From the NCBI GenBank assembly GCA_942490825.1, contig CALNYG010000004.1, positions 52,888 to 116,887 of the forward strand: a stretch of 64,000 nt of DNA. The letters run 5' to 3'. This document shows positions 1-8,809 of the stretch, piece by piece (position 1 is the first letter of the stretch; each line of letters starts with the position of its first letter). A program made the translations under genes and the position numbers. The stretch comes from Candidatus Moraniibacteriota bacterium. Its GTDB lineage: Bacteria > Patescibacteriota > Minisyncoccia > Moranbacterales > GCA-2747515. The notes under the pieces were generated by a model that searched no databases, was not told the DNA's origin, and saw only the letters and a list, made by a program, of their open reading frames with translations.

Positions 1-50
1 TAATTTAAAATTTCAACTCTAATTCTAATTATACAACACTCACCAAAATA

Positions 51-83
51 AAAAAGCTCTTTACTTAAAGTAAAGAGCTTTTT
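51..83 (-). terminator. intrinsic terminator after the pilin operon
   Basis: Arms aaaaagctcttta / taaagagcttttt surround a 7-nt loop, 14 nt past the stop of 97..1749. A and T runs on both sides. Confidence 0.6.
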
Positions 84-96
84 AAATTTACCTAGA

Positions 97-1749
97 TTAC
101 CATTCAACACCTTTACATAAATCATCAATATTTTGACTATCAGCTTGCCATCCTTCACCTGCTGCCATATTACACATTTTTTGAGCTTCAAAATTAATCA
201 AATATCGATCAAAAATTTCAACATGATCCATCATTCCACCAAATCCACCTTCAAATTTTTCAATATCAAATTCTTTATCATTATTACCCTCATAAAATCC
301 TCCCATAAATAATGGTATTTTTGAATCATCATTTACTGTTCCAGCAGTTGTTAAGCCAAATTTTTCATTACCAGGTCCTCCACCGTCAATAATTATACCA
401 CTTTTTGAATCTGGATTTTGATCATAACGAGCAACTACATGATGCCATTGACCAGATGCTACATTATCAAGTTTTACATCCTGTCCATTAACTCTAAAAA
501 CTATATTTTCATCTTCAAGATACAATTCATAACCATTATTATCATCTTCAGCTTCTGTCTTTGAAACTAAAATCTGTTTTCCAGTTCCATCTCCATCTTC
601 TCCTCCGGTTTCAGAATTATTATTAAACCAAAGTGAAATCGACATTCCTTCACTGCCATCTAAACTTAAATTTTCTCTATACCCTTCACCAACATAATTA
701 GCATTTGGACTATTACGCGATCCTGGCTCCCAGTCATCAGATCTAGCATTTTCATCAAAGTTAGGAGCTAAATAATGACTATATCCATTAAATTCCAAAG
801 CTTCTGTCCCAATTCTACCAACATTATCCTCCTGACTGTAATATTCTGCATCATCTGGCTCCACATCATAATTTATAGGATTTTTAATGCTTGAACCATC
901 CTTACTTGCTCCCACTGAACCTATATCAAATATTCCTGGAACATATGCACCACAAGAAATAGTAGTAGTACTCCCACAATTACGATTTTCATCAGGATCA
1001 CCTTCTTTTGTAGTATTATATTTAGGGTTATGATTCATGAAAAAACCTTCTTCCACACCTACGTCAGCTATTGCCATTAGTGGACATAAATCATTGTGTG
1101 CTGTATCAGGCAAATCAGCATCCTCATCAATTGGACATAAAGTTAAAATATAATCATTTTTAGATCTATCCTTTGCCATTGGAGCACCCACTGCCCCTTT
1201 TCCATATAAACGAACACTTTCTGAATTCTCCTCAAAAGTCCATCTTCCTTTTAAACCACGTTTTAAAGAATCACTTAGATTAACTTCAATAGAACGAGTT
1301 GCTGTTCCAAAATTACCAGTAACTTTTACTTTCTTAATTCTAGCTATCTCTATTCCGCAACTATCTGCTATACCTAAATCCTTGCCCTCATTATTAGGAT
1401 CAGTGGGATCTACTTCCTTATATGAAATAATTTTAAATTCAGAATTGTCACCTCCTATAACAGCCACACCATCATTATTGTAACAATTATATTCTCCATC
1501 TAAATTTTTATCGATTGACTTAGCTAAATCATTTAAAGTATTAAAAGGCTTGGTATTTTCATACAACTCATACAAAAACAATTCCATACCCTTGTCCGTA
1601 TTTTGAAAAGCACTCGTTGAATTACTACTTATATCCGCGCCTTTTCTAATTAAAATAGAAGATGCGACTAAACCTATTGCAATAACCATCAGAAAAGACA
1701 TTATTATTACTGCAAACGCTAAAATTGAACCTTTTTGTTTCTTTTTCAT
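97..1749 (-). CDS. large minor-pilin-like protein (PilX-type N-terminal anchor) with C-terminal LamG/concanavalin-like domain
   Basis: N-terminus KGSILAFAVIIMSFLMVIAIGL is a pilin-type hydrophobic helix without Glu+5. The C-terminal stretch SISLWFN..GYELYLEDENIVFRVNGQ..GQWHHVVARYD..IIIDGG looks like LamG. It is the last gene of the pilin operon. Confidence 0.6.
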   Translation of the reverse strand: MKKKQKGSILAFAVIIMSFLMVIAIGLVASSILIRKGADISSNSTSAFQNTDKGMELFLYELYENTKPFNTLNDLAKSIDKNLDGEYNCYNNDGVAVIGGDNSEFKIISYKEVDPTDPNNEGKDLGIADSCGIEIARIKKVKVTGNFGTATRSIEVNLSDSLKRGLKGRWTFEENSESVRLYGKGAVGAPMAKDRSKNDYILTLCPIDEDADLPDTAHNDLCPLMAIADVGVEEGFFMNHNPKYNTTKEGDPDENRNCGSTTTISCGAYVPGIFDIGSVGASKDGSSIKNPINYDVEPDDAEYYSQEDNVGRIGTEALEFNGYSHYLAPNFDENARSDDWEPGSRNSPNANYVGEGYRENLSLDGSEGMSISLWFNNNSETGGEDGDGTGKQILVSKTEAEDDNNGYELYLEDENIVFRVNGQDVKLDNVASGQWHHVVARYDQNPDSKSGIIIDGGGPGNEKFGLTTAGTVNDDSKIPLFMGGFYEGNNDKEFDIEKFEGGFGGMMDHVEIFDRYLINFEAQKMCNMAAGEGWQADSQNIDDLCKGVEW

Positions 1750-1794
1750 AAATTTAATTATTTATTATTTTTATTTTTTATTATTTTTATAAAC

Positions 1795-2517
1795 TTAAAA
1801 AGTAATATCACTTGGATAATCTCTTAAAGATACCGACGTTTGAATTACAACCATATTTTGTGCGCCTCCATTTCCATCTTCCCCACCTTGTTCAACTGCT
1901 TCAGTAAACCGATTATCAATTTCTAAAGTAACAGTAACTTTTCCCATTGATTCATGATAAACTTCTGGCTCACCTTCAACTTCATCAGCATCTTCCCTAG
2001 TTGGTGTCATGTAGAAACTACCAGTCACTTTTCCCGAAGTTAATTTCATTCCATCACCTGTATAATTATTATCATAAGCACATACAAATAAATTGCCTCT
2101 ATTAATCTCAACCTTCTCAGTTGCTCCACCAGAATCATACTTTTCTTGAACGACATTTCCCTCCACAGAATAAACTATCAAACTATCATCCTCAAAAGCA
2201 AATTTAAAACATTTTCCCTGTGAGTAGTCATAAGCATACAAGGTTTGAACATAAGCTGTTCCTAAATTTTGATTAGCGCTTCCATCTTCTCCTTCTGGAC
2301 TTGTTGGCAAAGTACTTGTTCTCAATGTTTTAGCTAAATAATTCATCGCAAATTCTGCATCATCAATATTTCTCTGTAAAATTCGAGCATGTCGAGAAAC
2401 TACCACTTGTTTCCCAAAAATTTCAATAACAAGCGCAACGATAATTAAAAAAATAAAAATCGAGACCATCAATTCAATCAGAGTAAAACCTTTTTGTTTT
2501 TTTGCTAAAAATTTCAT
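1795..2517 (-). CDS. type IV pilin-like protein (prepilin cleavage/methylation motif)
   Basis: KKQKGFTLIELMVSIFIFLIIV contains G|FTLIE with Glu+5. Confidence 0.8.
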   Translation of the reverse strand: MKFLAKKQKGFTLIELMVSIFIFLIIVALVIEIFGKQVVVSRHARILQRNIDDAEFAMNYLAKTLRTSTLPTSPEGEDGSANQNLGTAYVQTLYAYDYSQGKCFKFAFEDDSLIVYSVEGNVVQEKYDSGGATEKVEINRGNLFVCAYDNNYTGDGMKLTSGKVTGSFYMTPTREDADEVEGEPEVYHESMGKVTVTLEIDNRFTEAVEQGGEDGNGGAQNMVVIQTSVSLRDYPSDITF

Positions 2518-2523
2518 AATCTT

Positions 2524-3144
2524 TTATTCAATATTTATCCAAGCAGTTAATATAGTCTCTGAATATGTACAATTTTGACCAATTTTACATTTATCTTGAC
2601 TCTCGGGAAATTCTTTGTCATTCCAAACAACCATACTCACAACGCCTTTTTTACCTTCACCCTCGTTACTAATAATAATTCTTCTTTTAAACTTAGTACC
2701 CTCTCCTGAATTTTCATGAGAATAAAATGATTCACCATCAATCTTTTTGAAATATAAATCATAGGAAGATGTTGAACAATCCAAACCATCCAAAAAATCA
2801 AAATCATTTCTAGGCAAATCTGCATCAAAGTTATATTCTACTGTACAATATTTTTTTTCTACTGTTGGAAAACCATTAAAAGCTTCCCCAAAAACACCTT
2901 CTGAACTTTTTTCTGTTACATTGTTATCACGAATATTCCGAATCAATTCCGTTCCCTCCTGAGAAAGCATAGATGCAACTAATAAATCTCGGCTTCTCAT
3001 TGTGTCTTGCATACTTCCTGCCATTAAAGCAATTGAAGCCGTAATTCCAAATGCCAAAACAAACAATGCCAGCATAACTTCTCCAAGTGAAAAGCCTTTC
3101 ATTGTTTTTACTAATCTATTATTTTTTTGTTTTTTTATTTTCAT
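2524..3144 (-). CDS. type IV minor pilin-like protein (PilV-like)
   Basis: TMKGFSLGEVMLALFVLAFGI is a class III signal peptide with Glu+5. Confidence 0.7.
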   Translation of the reverse strand: MKIKKQKNNRLVKTMKGFSLGEVMLALFVLAFGITASIALMAGSMQDTMRSRDLLVASMLSQEGTELIRNIRDNNVTEKSSEGVFGEAFNGFPTVEKKYCTVEYNFDADLPRNDFDFLDGLDCSTSSYDLYFKKIDGESFYSHENSGEGTKFKRRIIISNEGEGKKGVVSMVVWNDKEFPESQDKCKIGQNCTYSETILTAWINIE

Positions 3145-3198
3145 TTTTTATAGTTATAATAGAAAATTTATGTTTTCCTATTATCAGCATTTAGATAA

Positions 3199-3762
3199 CT
3201 ACTCAATTTCATCCACAAAACCAAGCTCTTCAATTCTGCCTGATGCATAAATTACAACTTTATATTTTTTACCCTTTTTTTCTATAATAAATTCTGTTTG
3301 TTCTTCTGCATCTTGATCAATAGGTGTATATGTGGCATGTGGCACAGTAAAAATAATTTCTTTGACACTTACAGACTCCACCCCAACAAATTTAACTGGA
3401 CCCACAAAATCTTCAAAAATATAACCTCCTTCATCTTGACCACACTGTTCATTTATTGATCGTGAAGCATATTTTATATTATAATAAACCCCATCTGCCA
3501 AAGGTTCAACAGAAAATTTAAAAGCACAGGGATAACTACCTTCTTCTTTTTGTTTTCCTGTTAATGCATAGTTTTGAGATTCTCTAAGTGCTCCTGATAA
3601 CTGACGTCCTGCTACTTTTAAAGTATTATTAACACCTCCCTTTGACATACTCACAAGAAGAACCGCAGTCATAATTCCAATAATTGCAATTACTATTAAT
3701 AATTCCACAAGTGTAAATCCTTTTTTGAAATTTTTATTTTTTATATTTTTTTGTTTTATCAT
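3199..3762 (-). CDS. type IV pilin, candidate major subunit
   Basis: FKKGFTLVELLIVIAIIGIMTAVLL. The ATG at 3762 (MIKQKN..) is preferred over the TTG at 3786. First gene of the operon. Confidence 0.75.
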   Translation of the reverse strand: MIKQKNIKNKNFKKGFTLVELLIVIAIIGIMTAVLLVSMSKGGVNNTLKVAGRQLSGALRESQNYALTGKQKEEGSYPCAFKFSVEPLADGVYYNIKYASRSINEQCGQDEGGYIFEDFVGPVKFVGVESVSVKEIIFTVPHATYTPIDQDAEEQTEFIIEKKGKKYKVVIYASGRIEELGFVDEIE

Positions 3763-4083
3763 TTTTTCATTATACCATACAACCAAAGCACCATCAAAAA
3801 ATACATTATTACGTTCAAAAAATAATCACAACACTTAAATTATCCACAGTTAATATTAGCATTTATCACTAAAATAATTAAAATAAATTATATATCATTT
3901 TATTTTTCATAAAAAATTACAAACAAAAATTTATTTATATAATTTTTTAACTAGACATTTAATTTTTCAAATATATAAATATTGCAATCAATCTTAAACT
4001 CAGGTTCAAAATAAAAAAATTGACGAAATCAAACAAAAAAAGTTATTATTGAATTATAAAAGTTTATTATAATATTTGAAAAT

Positions 4084-5859
4084 ATGACGAAATGTTTACA
4101 TAAAAATTGTCACAAAGAAGCTATTTATGAAGACAACTGCATTTTTCATTGTGAAAAAAATGATGAGAGTGGATGGTATATATTAAAAGATAATAAGAAA
4201 AAATGGAATAAAACTTTAGTGAAAAAATTTTGGAAAGAGATCAGAAATAAAATAGAAGATGAAAGTAAAAACGAAGCGTATACTACCCACGATTTTTCTT
4301 TTTATATATTTCCAGAATTTAATAGTTTTTTATATGTTCCTAATTTAGAATCAACAAATAATTTAATTCCGAACGACTTTAAATTTAAAAAAGTTAGTAA
4401 TCTTGAATTTTATGAAACATTAAAAGATTTTAATTTTTGGAAGGCAAATGAACAAATGATCTTTTCAAAAAAAGTAGATTTTTGGGAAGCAAAATTCATG
4501 GGAAATGTATATATACCCTACACAACTTTTTTAAAAGAAATCACATTAAGTAAAGCTAATTTTTTAGAAGAGGTAGATTTTGAGGGATCTCATTTTATTG
4601 AAGAGCTAAAAGTTTGGAACACTAGATTTAATAAAGAGATTAACCTTTCAAATTCAACATTTTCAAATGAAACAAAATTTGATCATTCAACTTTTCATAA
4701 AGAAGTGAGCTTTTTAAATGCATTATTTAAAAAAGATGTTTATTTTTGGAATACTGAATTTTCAAATAATGCTAATTTTGAAAATACCACTTTTTTAAAA
4801 ACTGCTTATTTTAGACGAACTATTTTTTTAGGAAAAACAAAATTTTGGAACACAAATTTTTTCTGGAAAATTTATTTTAGAAGCGTAACATTTTCACCAG
4901 ATCATCAAACATTTTTTAAAAATGTTAAATTTAATGGATTTAGCAAAAACAAAAATGAAATAATCTCAGCTGATTTTCATAACATAATTTTTCCTGAAAC
5001 TGTCTTATTTAGAAAAACAGACTTATCACGAGTTTCATTCTTAGATTCGAATTTAGAAAAAGCTCGATTTGATGAATGTGAGTGGAGTAACTTCAATTAT
5101 TGTTTTAAAAATAAATTAGATGAAAAAGGCAAAATAAAAGAAGTTATAGAATTCAAAAAATCAAAACCTAGAAATGTTTTGTGGGATGAATTTAATATAA
5201 GAGACAACCGTAATACCTGGAAAAGATTCTTCTGGATTTTTTACACAAAGGAAAAAAGAAAATTTAAAGAAATATTTAGGCAAACTGACAAACAAAAATA
5301 CCAACAAGTTGAGAACTTGAATCGTCAATTTAAGAAAAATTTTGATGACAAAAAAGATTATCAAACAGCTGATGACTTTTATATTGGAGAAATGAGCATG
5401 CGTAGAAAAAGCTTTGCTGCAGAAGTCAAAGATATCTCTTTTTGGAGAATAACATTACATAGTTATGGAAAAAGATTTTTTCTCTGGTTTTACAAATGGA
5501 TCTCAAATTACAATTCTAATCCTACTTGGGCTTTAATATGGTTAATTGGAATAATTTTTTCATTCACAATTATTTTTCATATATCTGAATACAAAATTAA
5601 TCCCGTTCAAGAATTTCAATTGTTAAAACAGTCTGCACAAAATAACACTCTCCTAGAATTTACAAAATCAAACTGGCTCAAACCAATTCATTATTCTTTT
5701 ACTTCTTCCATTCCACTTATTAGTTTTCCTGAAGAGTTAGAAAGAGGAACAGATGGAATGAATGGTTGGACAGTATTCTTTCACTATATGCAAGTACTAT
5801 CATCAACGATAGTTTGGGCTCTTTTAATACTTTCTCTTCGTCGCAAATTTAAAAGATAG
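4084..5859 (+). CDS. pentapeptide-repeat protein with N-terminal Cys/His cluster and C-terminal transmembrane region
   Basis: N-terminus is CLHKNCHKEAIYEDNCIFHC. A long run of A(D/N)LxF-like repeats follows (ANFLEEVDFEGSHFIEELKVWNTRFNKEINLSNSTFSNETKFDHSTFHKEVSF...). The last ~130 aa contain hydrophobic helices. Confidence 0.65.
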   Translation: MTKCLHKNCHKEAIYEDNCIFHCEKNDESGWYILKDNKKKWNKTLVKKFWKEIRNKIEDESKNEAYTTHDFSFYIFPEFNSFLYVPNLESTNNLIPNDFKFKKVSNLEFYETLKDFNFWKANEQMIFSKKVDFWEAKFMGNVYIPYTTFLKEITLSKANFLEEVDFEGSHFIEELKVWNTRFNKEINLSNSTFSNETKFDHSTFHKEVSFLNALFKKDVYFWNTEFSNNANFENTTFLKTAYFRRTIFLGKTKFWNTNFFWKIYFRSVTFSPDHQTFFKNVKFNGFSKNKNEIISADFHNIIFPETVLFRKTDLSRVSFLDSNLEKARFDECEWSNFNYCFKNKLDEKGKIKEVIEFKKSKPRNVLWDEFNIRDNRNTWKRFFWIFYTKEKRKFKEIFRQTDKQKYQQVENLNRQFKKNFDDKKDYQTADDFYIGEMSMRRKSFAAEVKDISFWRITLHSYGKRFFLWFYKWISNYNSNPTWALIWLIGIIFSFTIIFHISEYKINPVQEFQLLKQSAQNNTLLEFTKSNWLKPIHYSFTSSIPLISFPEELERGTDGMNGWTVFFHYMQVLSSTIVWALLILSLRRKFKR

Positions 5860-5885
5860 ATATACATAATTGCAAAAAATGATTT

Positions 5886-5917
5886 AAAAAAAGCTAATCC
5901 TAAGATTAGCTTTTTTT
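5886..5917. terminator. bidirectional intrinsic terminator between convergent genes
   Basis: agctaatc-ctaa-gattagct, flanked by an A-run and a T-run. Confidence 0.7.
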
Positions 5918-5941
5918 AAATTAAATTTATATCAATATAAA

Positions 5942-6976
5942 CTAAAACTGTTCTGCAAACCGAACATCACCACTGTGAAACAAACGAATATCATCAATCT
6001 TATATTTCATCATAGCCAATCGCTCCAAACCAAATCCCCAAGCAAATCCTTGATACTTATTTCTTTCATAACCCGCTGCTTCAAAAACATTTTGGTTAGT
6101 CATTCCTGCACCACCAACTTCAATCCAGCCAGTTTGCGAACAAGTACTACATCCATCACCATCACAATTTGTACAAGAAATATCAAATTCAAAACTAGGT
6201 TCTGTAAACGGAAAATAACTCGGTCGCAAACGTACTTCAATTTTTTTTCCAAAAAATTTTTCAAAAAAATTACCTGCTACAGAAAGAAAATTTGCCACAC
6301 TCACATCATCACCAACCACTAAAGCCTCAAACTGGTGAAAAGTATGTTCATGTGAAGCATCAGTCGCCTCACTTCGAAAAACTCTCCCTGGCACAATAAT
6401 TCTAAATGGTGGCTTATGCTCTTGCATATAGCGTATTTCTACAGATGAAGTTTGAGTCCGTAAAACTGTACCAGTCCCCTTCTCGCGACTTTCATCTTTT
6501 GAAATCCAAAAAGTGTCTTGCATATCTCGTCCAGGATGATCATCTGGCATATTAAGTGCATCAAAATTATAAAATTCAGTTTCCACATCTGGACCATCGG
6601 CAATCTCAAATCCCATTGTTGTGAAAATGTCTTCAATATCTCGTTGCACAATTGAAAGTGGATTTAAATGTCCTTGTTTAATTTTTTTTCCCGGAGTAGT
6701 TACATCAATCCATTCTTCTTTTGCATCAAAAGCTTCTTCAATCTCGCCTTTCTTTTTTTCTAAAATTTGCTGAATTTCTTGTTTAGTTTGATTTGCCAAC
6801 GGACCGATTTCTTTTTTTTCTTCTGGTGATAAATCTTTTAATCCTTTTAGAATTTCATTGAAAGCACTTTTTTTGCCGAGATAGTTTACTCGTAAATTTT
6901 CTACTTCTTCTAGGGTTTTTACTTTTTTAAGTCCACCCAACAGTTGGCTTTTGATCTCCTCTATTTTTTTTCGCAT
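5942..6976 (-). CDS. pheS: phenylalanine--tRNA ligase alpha subunit
   Basis: FRIIVPGRVFRSEATDASHEHTFHQFEALVVG, GWIEVGGAGM and GFAWGFGLERLAMMKY class II motifs. Confidence 0.95.
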   Translation of the reverse strand: MRKKIEEIKSQLLGGLKKVKTLEEVENLRVNYLGKKSAFNEILKGLKDLSPEEKKEIGPLANQTKQEIQQILEKKKGEIEEAFDAKEEWIDVTTPGKKIKQGHLNPLSIVQRDIEDIFTTMGFEIADGPDVETEFYNFDALNMPDDHPGRDMQDTFWISKDESREKGTGTVLRTQTSSVEIRYMQEHKPPFRIIVPGRVFRSEATDASHEHTFHQFEALVVGDDVSVANFLSVAGNFFEKFFGKKIEVRLRPSYFPFTEPSFEFDISCTNCDGDGCSTCSQTGWIEVGGAGMTNQNVFEAAGYERNKYQGFAWGFGLERLAMMKYKIDDIRLFHSGDVRFAEQF

Positions 6977-7132
6977 AAACTTATTCTTTTAATGATATTC
7001 TTTAATTCAACTTTTATATCTTGATTATAAAACGGATATCTCAAATATGCAAAATATAAATAAATCAAAAATTCGTAAATTGAAAATTATCTGTTATAAT
7101 TTAATTATAAACACAAAAATGAAAAAACGAAA

Positions 7133-8041
7133 ATGAACACTATTACTCACAATGATATAACTTGGGTCGACATCGAAAAACCGACTTCCGAAGATATTCG
7201 ATTCCTACAAGAAAATTTTGAAGTTCATCCGCTAGCGATTGAAGAATTTACTACGCCAACATATCGTGCTCGTGCCACTCGATACAGCAATTGTCTTTTT
7301 CTTACGATTCATATTCCCCTTTTCGACAAGAAAAAACGAACAACTTATGCGGGCGAAATTGACATTCTTTTGACAAAAACTCACTTAATAACTGGACATC
7401 AAAAACAAATTTTTCAACTTACTAATTTTTTTGACGCTTTACAAAAAAGCGTTGGCAAAAGAAGAATTTACATGGCAGACTCACCTGCACATTTACTTTA
7501 TGAAATTTTTAACTTACTAACTGAATCTTGTTTTCCTCGATTAGATCACGTGACTAAAAATATTGACGATACTCAAGAAGGTATTTTTAGTGGTAATGAA
7601 AAAAAGATGGTACGTGAGATCAGTGTAATTAAAAGGGATGTTTTGAATTTTCGTCGAACTTTAATGCCTCAACGAACTATTGTCGAATCAATTATTTATC
7701 AAGGTAAAGATTTAGTTTCTGAAGATCTCAAACCTTATTTTAAAGATTTAATCAGTACTAATATTCGCCTTTGGAATATGCTAGAAAGTGCGAAAGAAAC
7801 TATTAATTCATTAGAGGAAACTAATAATTCTCTTTTGTCTTATAAAATTAATTCTAAAATGCGTATTATTACGATTTTTTCTGCAACCATAATTCCTGTT
7901 ACGCTTTATATAAATATTTTAGGTATAAATGTTGAAATTCCTTTTGCTCACAATTCTCATGGTTTTTTAATTCACATTTTTATTATGATTTGTATTTCTT
8001 TTATAACTCTCATGTTTTTTAAATTTTCAAAGTGGGAATAA
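7133..8041 (+). CDS. corA: CorA/ZntB-family divalent cation transporter
   Basis: The length and two C-terminal TM helices fit the family. A loop motif YINILGINVEIPF sits where CorA has YGMNF. Confidence 0.75.
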   Translation: MNTITHNDITWVDIEKPTSEDIRFLQENFEVHPLAIEEFTTPTYRARATRYSNCLFLTIHIPLFDKKKRTTYAGEIDILLTKTHLITGHQKQIFQLTNFFDALQKSVGKRRIYMADSPAHLLYEIFNLLTESCFPRLDHVTKNIDDTQEGIFSGNEKKMVREISVIKRDVLNFRRTLMPQRTIVESIIYQGKDLVSEDLKPYFKDLISTNIRLWNMLESAKETINSLEETNNSLLSYKINSKMRIITIFSATIIPVTLYINILGINVEIPFAHNSHGFLIHIFIMICISFITLMFFKFSKWE

Positions 8042-8060
8042 GAATTTGATTTTAAAAAAA

Positions 8061-8085
8061 GAAAACGACCAGCAGGATCGTTTTC
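8061..8085. terminator. hairpin between convergent corA and 8098..8325
   Basis: gaaaacga..tcgttttc stem preceded by an A-run. Confidence 0.5.
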
Positions 8086-8097
8086 CTGTGATCGTAT

Positions 8098-8325
8098 TTA
8101 ACAATCTTTCTTATAAAAAATATTCATACTCTTCCCTGGATTTCCAGATTTTCCCTTAACTTCTTTTACTAAATCTATTCTCTTTCTTAATTTACGAATT
8201 TTTTCTTCTAGCCTTATGGTCATCCTCGTGACTTGCTTTTTGTTTTTTTCTTGAACTTCCAATTTGTATACAACTAAATTTAATTGAGAAATTAAAGATT
8301 TTAACTGCTTTCTATTGTTAGCCAT
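8098..8325 (-). CDS. small basic coiled-coil protein, unknown function
   Basis: ORF only. Its position between a terminator and a leader is consistent with a real gene. Confidence 0.4.
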   Translation of the reverse strand: MANNRKQLKSLISQLNLVVYKLEVQEKNKKQVTRMTIRLEEKIRKLRKRIDLVKEVKGKSGNPGKSMNIFYKKDC

Positions 8326-8410
8326 TTTTAAAACTCCTAAAAATTTTTTAATTTTTAAAGATTGACGAAAAAAAACTACTGTGTAACAATATAATTATAA
8401 ATACAATTAG

Positions 8411-8572
8411 TCAAGCGACGAAATGGTTTGCACCCATCGAGCTTGCGTGAACAGAGTTAACGATACAAACTCAAAAGAGCGCCCAAATAATTTCGGGAAG
8501 CTAAGTGGAACCGCCCTATTCTAGGGTCTTAGCATTATTTATGAAATTATTTAGGCGTTTTTTTGTTTTTTT
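8411..8572 (+). promoter_or_regulatory. T-box leader (Cys specifier UGC) of cysS
   Basis: Stem I is a K-turn: AAGC 8413-8416 pairs with GCUU 8441-8444, with a GAC bulge and tandem G.A pairs. It ends in a terminal loop UU-UGC-AC, with the codon at 8429-8431. The antiterminator is CUAAG-UGGAACC-GCCCUA-UUC-UAGGGU-CUUAG (8501-8532). A 15-bp helix (8480-8494 with 8543-8557) is followed by T7-G-T7. Confidence 0.85.
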
Positions 8573-8588
8573 GAACAAAATACTAATT

Positions 8589-8727
8589 CATGTCATCCCC
8601 GCGAAGGCGGGGATCCAGGAAAGCAATACTTTAAGTTTTAATACAAACAAAAGTTCATTTGCAAACTTTAAGTTTAATTTTCCTGGATTCCCTTCCACTT
8701 CGCTACGCTACGTACGGGAATGACATG
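8589..8727. repeat. family A nested-hairpin element, copy A1
   Basis: catgtcat-[ccccgcgaaggcgggg]-atccaggaaa ... tttcctggat-[tccc..cgctacgct..ggga]-atgacatg. Confidence 0.85.
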
Positions 8728-8745
8728 TACGAGAAGTAATGAAAA

Positions 8746-8762
8746 GCCCGTGCGGCGAGCAC
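8746..8762 (+). repeat. GC-rich 17-mer (gcccgtgcggcgagcac)
   Basis: Exact 17-mer flanked by aaaa/ttttt, 47 nt before the cysS ATG. Confidence 0.9.
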
Positions 8763-8809
8763 TTTTTATTTTTAAAAGTTTTAAATTGAATAATTAATAT
8801 ATAAAAAAT

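Noticed and set aside
5942-6976. Cys cluster CTNCDGDGCSTCSQTG in PheS, as a possible insertion
   Set aside because: The same C-x2-C..C-x2-C segment is present at this position in many bacterial PheS proteins, so it is not unusual.
8505-8723. 72-aa ORF containing ..HVIPAKAGIQES..
   Set aside because: It is the translation of the family A repeat (gtcatccccgcgaaggcggggatccag) plus the T-box terminator. The same reading recurs wherever the repeat occurs, so it is a repeat artefact and not a gene.
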